Source: Macrostomum lignano (lineage: Eukaryota). Taken from it: DNA of 64,000 bases. The translations under genes and the position numbers were made by a program. Location: NCBI GenBank assembly GCA_002269645.1, contig NIVC01002616.1:1-64000 (forward strand). The letters run 5' to 3'. A model generated the notes under the pieces. The model saw only the letters and a program-made list of their open reading frames with translations. It had not been told where the DNA came from and searched no databases. Below are positions 35,401-47,260 of the stretch, in pieces (position 1 is the stretch's first letter; every line of letters starts with the position of its first letter).

Positions 35401-38400
35401 CACTGAAGTGTATGCAATACAACAAAAGTACATTCGGTTTAAAAATGTAAAACTTCAACCACAAGAGACAGTAGAGATATGTAGAAAACGGAGAAAACCC
35501 TTCAAAATACAAATTTTATCAATATATCAAAGGGCTAAAGCAGAGAGCTAGACAAACAGATAGTGGAGAAGAGGACTGCAGAAGAGAGATCATTATGCGG
35601 GATCTAAGGCACGAGGGAAAAATCCAATTTACTAGATAGGACCGAGCGAAGCCTGGGTCAGAGACTGTAAAAAATGGAGAAGCTCCACTGTCTGTACTAC
35701 AGGCTATCTGTCTCCCGCCCAAGCGTAGCCATCCCGTCAGGGGGAGAGGGTCGAACTGAATTCCCAAAATGAACTGTGAGCCAGTCTGAGTCAGTCTTAG
35801 CGGAACTCAAAGGGAAGAAAAATTATAAGAATAATATTTCGGAGTTTGCAGTTTCTTGTGCAACTTCTTTAAAGTACATTGCCATTATCTATATTGAAAT
35901 CTAATGATTTTTTTTCAAAAACTTGGTTTCTTATATACAATAATTATTCTGCAATCGAGTATGCCATGATTCTGCAATCTAGTATGCCATGATCCTGCAA
36001 TCTAGTATGCCATGATCCTCTAATCTAGTATGCCATGATTCTGCAATCTAGTATGCCATGATTCTGCAATCTAGTATGCCATGATCCTGCAATCTAGTAT
36101 GCCATGATTCTGCAATCTAGTATGCCATGATTCTGCAATCTAGTATGCCATGATTCTGCAATCTAGTATGCCATGATTCTGCAATCTAGTATGCCATGAT
36201 TTTGCAATCTAGTATGCCATGATCCTGCAATCTAGTATGCCATGATCCTGCAATCTAGTATGCCATGATCCTGCAATCTAGTATGCCATGATCCTGCAAT
36301 CTAGTATGCCATGATCCTGCAATCTAGTATGCCATGATCTTGCAATCTAGTATGCCATGATCTTGCAATCTAGTATGCCATGATCCTGCAATCTAGTATG
36401 CCATGAGTCTGCAATCTAGTATGCCATGATCCTGCAATCTAGTATGCCATGATCCTGCAATCTAGTATGCCATGATCCTGCAATCTAGTATGCCATGATT
36501 CTGCAATCTAGTATGCCATGATCCTGCAATCTAGTATGCCATGATCCTGCAATCTAGTATGCCATGATCCTGCAATCTAGTATGCCAATGATCCTGCAAT
36601 CTAGTATGCCATGATTCTGCAATCTAGTATGCCATGATTCTGCAATCTAGTATGCCATGATTCTGCAATCTAGTATGCCATGATCCTGCAATCTAGTATG
36701 CCACGATTCTGCAATCTAGTATGCCATGAGTCTGCAATCTAGTATGCCATGATCCTGCAATCTAGTATGCCATGATTCTGCAATCTAGTATGCCATGATT
36801 CATATTCTGCAATCTAGTATGCCACGATTCTGCAATCTAGTATGCCATGATCCTGCAATCTAGTATGCCATGATCCTGCAATCTAGTATGCCATGATCCT
36901 GCAATCTAGTATGCCAATGATCCTGCAATCTAGTATGCCATGATTCTGCAATCTAGTATGCCATGATTCTGCAATGCAGCACATTAAAAGATTAAGCATC
37001 TAAAGTGGCCAATTAAACTCTGGATGCCAAACGATCTGATAGCTGGTGCTTAATTTAGCCATTTGAAGATCGTAAAACATGAGGGGCCATCTCTATAATC
37101 ACTAATCAAATAGCAGTGCAATGCGGTAAGGGAGGGAGCTTTTAAAATGCTTGTCAGCAGCAATAGCAAGCATAGTTGTGCCCTCACTATGATGCCTCAG
37201 TGTATTTAGCGGATTAGCGTAATGGTAGAATAGAAATGATGAATGACTGATGCAGGATTGGATTTCAAATGTAGCCCAGCTAAGATTCTAATCGGGTATT
37301 GCTTTCTTCATGTCTTGATATATATTGGCATCCCCAATGAGATATGAATTCTCATCTTTAAGATTTGAATTTTCAGTTTAGATCTGAATTATTATAGTTT
37401 AAGATCATAATTCTTATTGATAAGATCTGATTCTGAATTATAGTTGAAATCGGAATTATCATTGTTGCGATCCAAATTCTCACAGTTGAGATATGAATTC
37501 TCACAGTAAGGATCTGAATTCTCACAGTAAGGATCTGAATTCTCACAGTAAGGATCTGAATTCTCACAGTAAGGATCTGAATTCTCACAGTAAGGATCTG
37601 AATTCTCACAGTAAGGATCTGAATTCTCACAGTAAGGATCTGAATTCTCACAGTAAGGATCTGAATTCTCACAGTAAGGATCTGAATTCTCACAGTAAGG
37701 ATCTGAATTCTCACAGTAAGGATCTGAATTCTCACAGTAAGGATCTGAATTCTCACAGTAAGGATCTGAATTCTCACAGTAAGGATCTGAATTCTCATAG
37801 CTGAGATATGAATTCGCATATTTGAGATCTGAATTCTCATTGTTGAAATTTAAATTTTCACAGCTAAGACCTGAATTCTCACAGCTAAGACCTGAATTCT
37901 CATAGTTAAGACCTGAATTCTCACAGCTAAGACCTGAATTCTCATAGTCAAGACCTGAATTCTCATAGTTAAGACCTGAATTCTCACAGCTAAGACCTGA
38001 ATTCTCATAGTTAAGACCTGAATTCTCACAGCTTACTAAGACCTGAATTCTTATAGTTGAGATCTGAATTCTCACAGCTAAGACCTGAATTCTTATAGTT
38101 GAGATCTGAATTCTCACAGCTAAGACCTGAATTCTCATAGTTGAGATCTAAATTCTCATTATTGAGATCTGAATTCTTTTCTTTTGAGATCTAAATTTGT
38201 ATCATAAGAATATTGATTTTCATCCTTACAATTGGAATTAGGAATTCTTACCAACCCAGAGAGAAATCCCCATACTGATTCCCCTCAAATACAATAATAT
38301 AAATAAGCAATAGGATATAACAGAAAAAAGCTCACATCAACATCAAACGAGTGCACAGATCCATCCAGCATAACAACTTGGCAGGGCCGCAGTTTCCCAG

Positions 38401-38713
38401 CCGGTGTATTCTGTTTACTAGGCGGCAGCGAAGAGCCGGGTGTGCCAATAATGCCGCCAGCCGAAGCGGAGCCATGCCGAGCCATTGTGCCGCTAATCTG
38501 TGGCGAAGCGGCGGCGGCCTGATGCAGCGACATGCCTTTGTCGCGCAGAGTGTAATAATCCTTCTTAGACATTGTATTAGCTTCGCTGTAGTCCATTGGC
38601 AAGGTGGCGCTCTGTTGGGCAGCCAGTGGTTGCGACTGCTGGTGCTGGTACTGGCGACTGTTATCTAGGCTAGCCAGGTTCATGCTGCCCTGGGTGGTTT
38701 CCCCGTCTGACAT
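20462..38713 (-). CDS. EPB41: Protein 4.1/coracle-like gene: FERM + FA + 2x DDX1-type SPRY + 4.1 C-terminal-like region (one apparent frameshift)
   Basis: 14 exons with compatible phases: 38713-38336, 35225-35121, 34700-34658, 31928-31271, 30766-30567, 29994-29705, 29067-28483, 28208-27697, 26586-26524, 26424-26290, 26158-25997, 24333-24112, 21883-21788, 20599-20462 (TGA). Motifs: AQELFDETC..LGLHEKEYFGL, YWLNGEK, VKFYPPDP, YGLDMH, VEHHGFFR, GTFKNKWNYTGPT. An acceptor at 38735 suggests the gene may extend further 5'. Confidence 0.75.
20699..21650. repeat. 39-bp minisatellite in last intron of FERM gene
   Basis: Unit tctatggccagagctctcctttctagctttgatctgctg, grading to ...aactttcatttctagc. Confidence 0.95.
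21965..24030. repeat. 27-bp minisatellite, ~76 copies
   Basis: Unit tctcacccctgtgtctcagagtctata with a g/t variant (gtgt/gttt). Confidence 0.97.
24790..25680. repeat. Polypyrimidine/polypurine CT-rich tandem repeat
   Basis: Almost pure C/T with the recurring unit tctcctctcttctttttcctctctcccttctcctctcctccccctgtct. Confidence 0.95.
26618..27545. repeat. Bipartite 21-bp minisatellite (two variants sharing AGGGATCTGTG)
   Basis: 26618-27005 has agggatctgtgtagattgctt; 27006-27545 has agggatctgtggggatcacta(a/t)a-type units. Confidence 0.95.
27697..28208 (-). CDS. SPRY domain 2 exon (DDX1 type) with 1-bp frameshift near 28145
   Basis: GVRANKGL..FYYEVE lies in one frame and GLSRAGWTT..GWGYG..YGEPFGKGDVVGCFLDLD..FYPTVS..NLGQTPFKYPP in another, with no intron between them. 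Confidence 0.75.
28225..28390. repeat. (GATGATT/GATGGTT)-type low-complexity repeat in the intron between the SPRY exons
   Basis: Degenerate tgatgattgatgatggt runs. Confidence 0.8.
28483..29067 (-). CDS. SPRY domain 1 exon (DDX1/hnRNP-U type)
   Basis: GCRTDRGV..WYYEATV..ARVGWSTSSASLRLGDDAHGFGYGANGEK..GDVVGVFVDLD..SVNGKELGLAY..FYPA..NFG. Confidence 0.85.
29207..29399 (-). mobile_element. tRNA-derived SINE, copy 2 (carries TACGAGTA insertion)
   Basis: Colinear with 18120-18301 (gtcgcca.acaca.cctcaattaccc, cccatttt.cagctgggtg.actga, aatgcagagt..agtgtcttgct). Confidence 0.75.
29412..29650. repeat. 23-bp minisatellite
   Basis: Unit gtacacatgtactagttcaaaaa, ~10 copies. Confidence 0.92.
30100..30420. 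repeat. Degenerate GGATTAGGGATTTGA-type repeat
   Basis: Recurrent aggattagggattt motifs. Confidence 0.75.
30855..31195. repeat. ~50-bp degenerate minisatellite with GATTATC/GATAATC palindromic cores
   Basis: gagattatc recurs at 30961, 31011 and 31062. Confidence 0.8.
31271..31928 (-). CDS. FERM domain central/C-lobe exon (band 4.1 family)
   Basis: VKFYPPDPENLRENLTRYYMALQIRQ..LGSYVVQSEIGDF..FLQNAKKLAMYGLDMH..YSWPKILKVSYKR..AKRLWRAVVEHHGFFR. Confidence 0.92.
32038..32362. repeat. 22-bp minisatellite containing TCACGTGAC
   Basis: Unit tatcgtgacaatcacgtgacag. Confidence 0.93.
33227..33640. repeat. 40-bp minisatellite
   Basis: Unit gacggtcacatttgagggccacatgagtgaccatttgttt. Confidence 0.93.
35273..35406. 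repeat. 34-bp minisatellite, ~4 copies
   Basis: Unit acctgagttggggctcaggatctcactgagggac. Confidence 0.9.
35947..36975. repeat. 23-bp minisatellite, ~44 copies
   Basis: Unit ctgcaatctagtatgccatgat(c/t). Confidence 0.96.
37485..38190. repeat. 21-bp minisatellite
   Basis: Unit tgaattctcacagtaaggatc, grading to tgaattctca(c/t)agctaagacc. Confidence 0.95.
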
Positions 38714-39099
38714 GCCGCCGTGATCTGTGTCATCCTGAGCGATGATGGTAAGGCAATCATAGAATTATAGTTCTGAGTTCTGATTCTAAGCTACTTCACG
38801 ATATGTTAACACCCAGCTGATTAAATGAGTCTATCATGCAATTCATTAGAACTAAAGCTTAAAAATGATTATTGAAGATTGGCAACTACATTAGAAAAAA
38901 GGGAGATTAGCCAAAGAAGTTGAATTATTATTAAGAGTTTGGAATGGATCAAAATTTTTGGGATTGGAATTCTAATTTTACTATAATCTTAGGATTTGAT
39001 TTTTTAATAGAAAAATTATATATAAACCTGACCCTAAGTTATCTAGGTATTTAACAGTTAGTATAAAAATTGATTCATAACAGTTATACATAAAAAGTA

Positions 39100-39620
39100 C
39101 CCGTTGGAAAAGTTATGCACCTGCAGAGGCATAAAAGGTGAACGAGGTGCACAAAAGAGGCACTTTGGTGGCCTATTTCGAGCATGTTTTGGAAATGCAC
39201 CTGAGTGCATATTTTATGCCTAAATGTCACCAATATTTTTGAAGAGGCATAAAAGGTGTAAAATCGGTGAAGTGGTCAGGCAGTAGATGAATTCTCAATT
39301 TTGATTGGTTGCGGTGGTAGGGGCAGTAAAGGTGTATAAGGGGCAACTGGAGGTGTGCAAAAGGTGAACAGTAGGCTCACAAGTGAGGCACAGCAGGTGC
39401 ACGGGAGGTGCAGAAGGGGCACAGAAAGTGCATGAAAGGTGAATTTGAGGTGGTTGTACATGATTCTAATTAAACTACTTCTTTCAGTTTGCCTGAGTAA
39501 ATAGGTGCATACATGTGCATTTCCAAAAGAAGCACGAAATAGGCCACGAAATATAAGCGCCTCTTTTATGCACCTCGCTCACCTTTTATGCCTACACAGT
39601 GGCATAACTTTTCCAATGGG
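39100..39620. mobile_element. MITE with ~120-bp imperfect TIRs (CCC(G/A)TTGGAAAAGTTATGC)
   Basis: cccgttggaaaagttatgcacctgcagaggcataaaaggtg at 39100 pairs with cacctttatgcct..gcataacttttccaatggg ending at 39620. Confidence 0.7.
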
Positions 39621-39938
39621 AATTAGTAATAAAAAATAACTGAGAGTTACATACTCGTATATTGCAGGCACATTAAACATAGAAAAGCTTTATTTACACC
39701 TATACTAATCACTGCTATCCCCTTCCTGATTCTGGCCAACCGCGATAGTAAACATTCACTATACTGATAAGTTATTTTCAACGACTTTCAAATACTGAAG
39801 AAGTTTCGAAAAAGTGGTGAAAAGTTTTGCATTAGTGAGGAAAAGTTTCGAATCTTTCCAAAGAGAGAATAGTGAGGAAAAGTAGCTAAGAACTTTCGCA
39901 AGTTGGAAGGCCCCTGCATAGCTTTTACGCCTTAAGTG

Positions 39939-40304
39939 CCCATTGTAAACCTTTTGTTCACCTTTTGTGCCTCCAATGTACACTGTACACCTTTTATGCA
40001 CCTCTACTGCGGCACACCTTTTGTTCACTTTTCACTCCACTAATACCCCCAATTCCTACTTTGTTCATTTTTTGTGCCTCTAATGCACACTCTACACCTT
40101 TAATGCACCTAATTCCCCTATGACACCTGTGCCCCTACTGCTTATTTCATGCCTTAAATTCACCTTTTGACCCTGCAGAGGCACTCAGGTGAACATGCGG
40201 TGCACAAGTGGAACATAATAGGCATAAGAGAGGCAAAAGTGAGGCAGAATGTGCAAAACTCTTCACCTTTAATGCCTACTTTAGAAAATAAAAATCCAAC
40301 GGGG
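39939..40304. mobile_element. Second, more decayed relative of the 39100-39620 MITE
   Basis: Ends cccattg.. and ..ccaacgggg, with the same cacctttt(a/g)tgcac subrepeats. Confidence 0.4.
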
Positions 40305-43300
40305 TACCCATGGCAACTCACAACAAATATATTAATTAAAAATCTATTTTTATAACTATAACTATACAATTCTAGTGATTTAATAAAAGGCCATAGTTTT
40401 CTATATCTGACTATAACCATAATTAAAAGCCTCATTATAAGTGAAAAACTATATAGATCTATGATTTATCATATATATAAACTAGACAATTATGATACAT
40501 CTTAAACACTAGATGAGAAGATTATTGCACTAGATGGGAATAGGATTATTGCATTGGCTAAGACATGGATTATTGCACTACCTAAGAAAGCAATTATTGC
40601 ACTAGTGGAGGAAATATAAATATTGCTGCATGCATTAGCATTTTGCTATCTGGGGGATGCTTGCTTTTGTATTTGGGAAGGGGGACTAGGGGTGCTTACT
40701 ATTAGGGGGCACTATTATGCTAGTAAATAAATTATAAAAATGAGCAGAAAAACTAATATTCTGATATCCTAATATACATTATATCTATATAAGCAATTAA
40801 CAAATAAAAAAATATCAAAGTAAAAAGGTCTATATAGTAATGTTCTTTCTTTATTAATTCCAAATATAGGCCTATTTGGTACAAGAACTTTCCTTTATTG
40901 CAAGCTTTTCAAAAGGTGAAATTGACACTATTGTCTATTATATTCCTGTTTTGGTTCCAACCCAATTTGACAAATGAATTTTTGGCAAAAATCAATAATG
41001 GCAAAAAATACTTTCACAATGACTATTTTGTCTATTCTAAAGCTGGCCTTTTTGGCAAACAATTTGCTAAGATTGATCCAAGCTTTGGCAAAGAGTGAAG
41101 AGTTTTTTGTTGCAGAAAAGTCAAAATAAAAAGTTGAACTTTAAAAAAACTTTTTTATTGTCATATATATGATTAGTAAAATATTTATTAGGTACCATTT
41201 TAGTATGATAAGGTTTTAAAGTACAATTTAGGAATTAGAACTAAAAAACACATTGTCATCCCTAAATAATCTATCAATTGCACTTTGCATATACATTTAT
41301 ATGCATTTAAAAAAATTATAATTTACAAACTACAAATACTCGTATATGCAAAGCATTCAATAAATAATTTCTTAATTAAGCTATAACCACCAAAGTGGTA
41401 TATTGCAATTATAAGATAAGTAGTATATCTTTTTTGCCAAACTGGTCACATTTTTTGCTAAAATTTATATCTATATAAACAAAAACTCACTTTAACTAAA
41501 GTGTCTTTAGTAAAAATGGGCTATACCATTTGTTTTAATGTACTTTTTTGTTTGTATGTAATTTAATATATGCAATGTTTTAATCACTATTAGATTATTA
41601 AAAAACCATTTCTAATAGTAAAACTATGCAAAAATTAAGATAAATAGGCATATGCAGCAAGGTATTTATTTTGTGCTAGGCTACTTGCTTTATATAATGT
41701 TAAATATCTATAGGTCAGGCTACAATAAAAGCTAAAGCCAAAAGGAATGATTATAATATAATACAATTCCAATATAGCATTTTTTCCTAATTATTACTAA
41801 TAGGAAGTGAGTGAAATATAGACCTAGACTTACTATCTATTTAGACACTTAGAACTGTGGCCATCTTGGTCATGTGCCACTCTTCCAAAGATGTTGTTTT
41901 CTCCACAAATTTGCAATATACATGGCATGAGGGTTTTTGGCCTTTGCACTGTGTACATTATTGTATGCAATAAGACTTTGTATATAATGGATAAATAATC
42001 AGTGGTCCAAGTGCTTGACGATTGTCTAGCAAGCGCCAGTAGGTGCAAGCTATAGACAAATCGTTGTCATATGCTGCCACACTCTGGATCATATAGTATG
42101 CACCCAAAAATTTGGGCTTGCATTGGCCTTGCATGCCAAAATTAGGCATGCACAGTTGGTGTGCATCACTCCTAAGAAAATAGTATGCGTGCACACCTGG
42201 AGTGCACTTTATAGAATCCCGCGTAAGAGTTATTGTGAAGTAGAAAACAGATGAAAAAGTTCATTTTAAGCACAAATTTCAAGCTTTCCAGTTTTTTTAA
42301 GCTTGTAAAAGAGCATTTAAACAAATCTTTTTGTGTATACATTTTCCGCTCTAAATAGTATTGCCGAAAAGCAACCAAATTATCTGGTAATAAAGGTCTA
42401 TTATATTATGCAATTTAAAAAGGTATTTTATTGTCACAATGTAAAAAAGGTCATTTATTGTCGCAACACCAGTGTATTTTTGAGAATGGGCATGCACTAC
42501 ATTTTTTTCGGTGTGCATTTGTAATTATTCAATTTTTGTTTGGGCGTGCACCCAGCATGATCCGGACTATAGACGTTCTACGACCACTGATTCTTCGCAT
42601 TGTTTTTCTATTTGACAATCCTACAGCCAATGCATTGTTTGTAGTAATGAATTGTTTTGCATTAAAAATATGAATTATGATAGTCAAATTGCAAGACAAT
42701 GGTGTATACAAAAAATGTAGTATGCAGTTGCATGCTAAATGGATTTGGAAATAAAATAAAGGCTATAATTTGGCTAAACCCAGACTCCGGATGGTATACA
42801 TATATGCAAGAATTTTCTGGCATACAGAAGGACCTAGATACACCATTGGCATACAACTTGGCATACAAAGGGGCCTAGTATGCCCTCTTGGCGTATAGCT
42901 TGGTGTATAGAGATTGCCAAGACTAGCAGGTAGAACCAAAAGTTCAAAGTCCCAACAAACAATCTACACAATTAGCATACAAAAATGATTAAGTTTGCAT
43001 TTGGCATAGTCTCTATATACATAGTTACAGTAGCTAAATTTTGATCAGAAAGAATAGCTAGCCTTTTAGGAAAAAAATGGAAAACTAAACTAAAAAAACT
43101 AGGTTTAACTTTTCTAAGAAATTTAAAGTAAAACAAAAATAGCTAAAATGAACTAGTTCTTTACAGTTTAATAAAAAAAATTCAGTTTCGAAGTTTGTAA
43201 TTGGTAATGTCTTATGCCTGATTTAAATTGTTTTTTTTAGATTTCTGAATAATCTTGGCATGTGGCCTGCAGATTCAAAAAGTTTTGTGGCATGCATAGG

Positions 43301-45085
43301 CCCTAGAACATATTTGGGACTAGGCCCTATGCTATGGATGGGTCATGCACCTTGGTTTAGGATTAAAAACTAAAAATTATATGCCTTGGTTTAATTAATA
43401 TTGAGGCAGGCCCAATATTCTTATATTTATACCATTTCAAATTTATGCCAAATTTCTTAGTTACTGAATTATTTTGTTTAAGTGAAACATTTGTTATACT
43501 TATAGCGAAGAAGAATTATTTTGTTTAAATTGATGAAGCAATATTTTGTTTAAACACATCCTGCGCACCCGTCCTCCCCCCCCCCCAGTAAAAACCTATA
43601 AATACAAGCATTTTTCGGGCTTTAAAACTTCGCCCACCGTTTCCTTGATTTGGTTAAGCAAAGCAAAACATGTTGTCTTAGTCATTGGAAAGCAAGACAG
43701 GAGAGAAAGCTGTTAGAAGCAAGAAAAGCAGAAAAAGGCCAAAGGAGCTGTAAGAAGCCAAAAAAAGCCGTAAGAGGCCAGGAAAGCTGTAAGAAGCCAG
43801 AAGAAGCCGTAAGAGGCCAGGAAAGCTGTGAGAAGCCAGAAATAGACGGTTGACGAGTCGGGCAACTCCTTCCCAGGGAGCTCGCAACTAACTATAGGGG
43901 ATTAATAGTAGTAATAATAATAGTGGTGAAATTCATAACTACATGTAGACTAGTGTTTGTTGCTTGACACTGCTACCAGGGCGACTTGCATAGATTCAAG
44001 GAGTCCTTAGATTAGAATTCTAGACTTGATATTCTCTAAGTCTAAGAAACAATAATTGACTAAGCAATTTTATGGAGTAATAACTATTCTAAACTATAAC
44101 AACTTGATTCAACAGCGTGATTATAAACTAGGAAGTAGTTACCCCTACAACAACTTGGTGGCATAGTGAGACATTATTAAAAAGGACAGGAGTTTTCCCT
44201 ACAACAATATATTAGGATTTTTTTTTAAATTTTAGTCAAAAAATTAAAAAAATGTTAGCTTACCATTTTAATTAGTTGTAGGCCCTAGGCAGTGTAGCTG
44301 CTGAGTTAAATATTAACTTTCAATACAACAAATACCAAATAACTTTGCTTGATTAAAGCAAATAGTTTGAATTTTTTTAAGAATTATCTTCTAAAGCGCA
44401 CTAATTCGCAGGTGGTTTCTTATGCAAAGATTTTAAAGAGCTGAATTAAGTCTGGGCTTTAGTGTGGTGGCCTTTTTGTTTTGGCTTCAAGTCACCTGAG
44501 CTGCAGCTGGAGGGTGAGGGAATAAGTATATGGAACACAACAATAGATATTAGAAAACGACAAGACGCTCTCCAAACTTAATACTAGCCTAATTCAAAAT
44601 AATTAAGCCGTTAGGCTCACAGTAGCGCCTGACACAATTGTTCTTAACCCCCTATTTTTTTTCGTTCTTTAGATGCCTTTCCTGACTGACTGGGTGACTA
44701 ATTTCTTTATTTTCTGAGTAATTTAATTTACAATTCTATACAGCTTAAAAAATCTATTCTAAGTTTACGGAAGTTAAACTTATTCATTTATTAAACCATT
44801 TTATTAGACAATTTTATTTTATTTGGATCAGAAAAATTAGAAGTTTGTTTAATTAAATCGCGTGTTTACGCTCCCACAATTGCCCTTTAAATCCGCCAAG
44901 CCTATATGCATGAATAACTTAAATCACATTGGTTTCAAATGCGATTCCGAATAAAAATACTTCTGGAATCTTCATGATTTTATCATGTTTTTTGCATACG
45001 CTTTCAAACAACGAGGACTGCCCTGTTCTAGCCCAATGACCACTAGAAGTACTGTACTGCAGCTGTTCATGTATCTTACAACAGA

Positions 45086-45745
45086 AACAACAACAACAAC
45101 AACAACAAAGTACGTAGCTCCGCATTCAAGGTCACAGTCAAAGCAGGGCGCGTCAGATTGCGTGCCGTAGACCCTGAGAGTCCGCCTCATTGGCAGCCTC
45201 GGCTGTGCCCCAGCGTCGAATGGGAGCTGGCGGGCCACGTATCGACGGGTTTGAGGCTGACCCCGCTTGAACGGGCCCTGCAAGGTGAGCAGCAGAACGT
45301 TTTGAACAGGTTGGGGGCAGTATAGCTTTCGATCGGCCCGGTTTACGTGGCCCCAGTTTACGTCGCCGCCGGCGCAGGATGATGGACGCGTCCGGGTTTT
45401 ACTGGCTAGGCTGCAGCTTTGGTCCGATCGTACAGGGGCCTCGGTCCCGACGCTCTCGTCAGCTCGAAGGCCGCACGGAGCAGCCCTGAGTGCGCCGAGT
45501 CTAACTTCCGCTCCAGCGTAGCCGTCAACGTCCACGCCTCGGCGTTGTACGTTATTAGCAGGACGGTTTCGACCGCAGCCTTCACAGCTAGCCAAGCCTC
45601 TGGTGGTTGGGCAGCGCTTCGGACTGGAGGACGGCCCGGATCGAACGGAAGGCCGCTCAGGCAAGTCTTCTGCGCCGCTGAAGGTCTTCCTCCACGTGGG
45701 GCCTTAGACCCAGCACGTGCGATCGAGCTACGTCGGCCGGCACAG
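45086..45745 (-). mobile_element. 5'-truncated, decayed RTE-clade LINE with (GTT)n tail
   Basis: Minus-strand fragments DLQRRRRLA*AAFRSIRAVLQSE, AAVETVLL and YCPQPVQNVLLLTLQGPFKRGQPQTRRYV (post-RT RTE region). 3' UTR is homologous to 95-130, and (AAC)n lies at 45086-45109 on the + strand. Confidence 0.75.
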
Positions 45746-46335
45746 TATGTATTTGAGCATGCTGTTCAATAAATATATGTAATACTAATATGTAATATAC
45801 AATTAGCTAACCCGCAAAAATTACTGTTGTATACTGTATACCTTGTAGCAAACACGATCAGATATTGCCCAATTATTTGAAGGCCTGCTTTTTTGCATTG
45901 GGGTTTAAAGATTTTATAAATGGCATACTCTGGATCATGGTTAATTTTGCACTTAATAATATTTTTGCGGCGGGTTGTTCGAAATTTTAATCTTTTTCAA
46001 AAATCACGCAAAATTATGCCTGCACTTCATTATAAATGTATGTACGTACATTACGAGCGAACATGTAGGAATAGAGCTCATGGCTATGTGCAATATTTGG
46101 TGCAGTCAAACTGAACATAATATTATAATGAACAGAATGCTTTTTTGAAGGCAAACATTGCTAAATACACGCAAACATGCAAGCGAGCCTAGAAACTTGC
46201 ATTATTTACGAGTGTACGAAAGGCATGCAGGCACGCGCAAAAAGCGCGTGGCGCTGAACCTGGCCGGCGACCGGAGGAGCGCAGAAATGAATTGCGCGAC
46301 TTCTTTGCCAGCATTGAAAACGCTTCATCAGGATC

Positions 46336-46410
46336 GTTCTGCAGGGCGACACGCTAGCGCCGTTTCTCTTCGTCCTGCTGATGGACTGAGTGCTTCGGAC
46401 CGCACTCAAC
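46336..46410 (+). mobile_element. RTE reverse-transcriptase fragment (QGDTLAP motif)
   Basis: VLQGDTLAPFLFVLLMD*VLRTAL matches the RTE RT motif GVLQGDTLAPFLF and has an in-frame stop. Confidence 0.7.
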
Positions 46411-46884
46411 TCGGCTAGCGACATGGATTTAACCAAAAAAAAACAAGCAAAACCATATTTAGCCCTGTAACAGTATATGCATATACATTGTAATGGCCGT
46501 TTGTCGAACTAGTTCTGCTATTTAGGTAGCTCATACCTTCAAAAGAGTAGTCTCAGATCGGTCAACACAAAACATTGAAAGTACTTTAGTAAAGACCTAG
46601 CAGAGCTACAGAAAAGGCCTTGACAATGTGTTAGTTAAACTTGAGATTCCATCAGACGCGTACCTAATAGATGAGATCAGAGGAAACTCCCTATCCGCCA
46701 ACTGCTTCAAGCCGATCTCTCGGATTTTGACAACAACATATCGTTGATACATGTACATGTAAGTGCAGGTTGCTTCGAATTGTTTGCACGCACAAAATTT
46801 ATTTAGAAAGGGGTCGCAACTCTAAAAGGAGCTTGTATTTGATGTCGTTAGATCCCAATCTTCCTGTCGATCTTTGTGGGCGTT

Positions 46885-47260
46885 CCTGTCTCTTGGTGGG
46901 CGCCACTGTCTCTTGGTGGGCGCTCCTGTCTATTGGTGGGTCCCACTTTCTCTTGGTGGGCGCCACTGTCTCTTGGTTAGCACTCCTGTCTCTTGGTTGG
47001 CGCCACTGTCTCTTGGTGGGCGCTCCTGTCTATTGGTGGGTCCCACTTTCTCTTGGTGGGCGCCCTGTCTCTTGGTGGGCGCCACTGTCTCTTGGTGGGC
47101 GCAACTGTCTCTTGGTGGGCGCCCTGTCTCTTGGTGGGCGCCCTGTCTCTTGGTGGGCGCCACTGTCTCTTGGTGGGCACCACTGTCTCTTGGTTGGCGC
47201 TTCTGTCTCTTGGTGGGCGCCACTGTCTCTTGGTTAGCGCTCCTGTCTCTTGGTGGGCCG
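46885..47260. repeat. ~18-20-bp minisatellite
   Basis: Unit ctgtctcttggtgggcgc(ca). Confidence 0.9.

Noticed and set aside
19308-38190. Minisatellites as CRISPR arrays
   Set aside because: There are no unique spacers and no cas genes, and the context is eukaryotic introns.
41800-42720. Possible decayed transposase (fragments such as HSRCARIL, GSCWVH, LGVMH on the minus strand)
   Set aside because: The hints point to different superfamilies (hAT, MULE, Zisupton) and are broken by stops. It cannot be assigned without a profile search.
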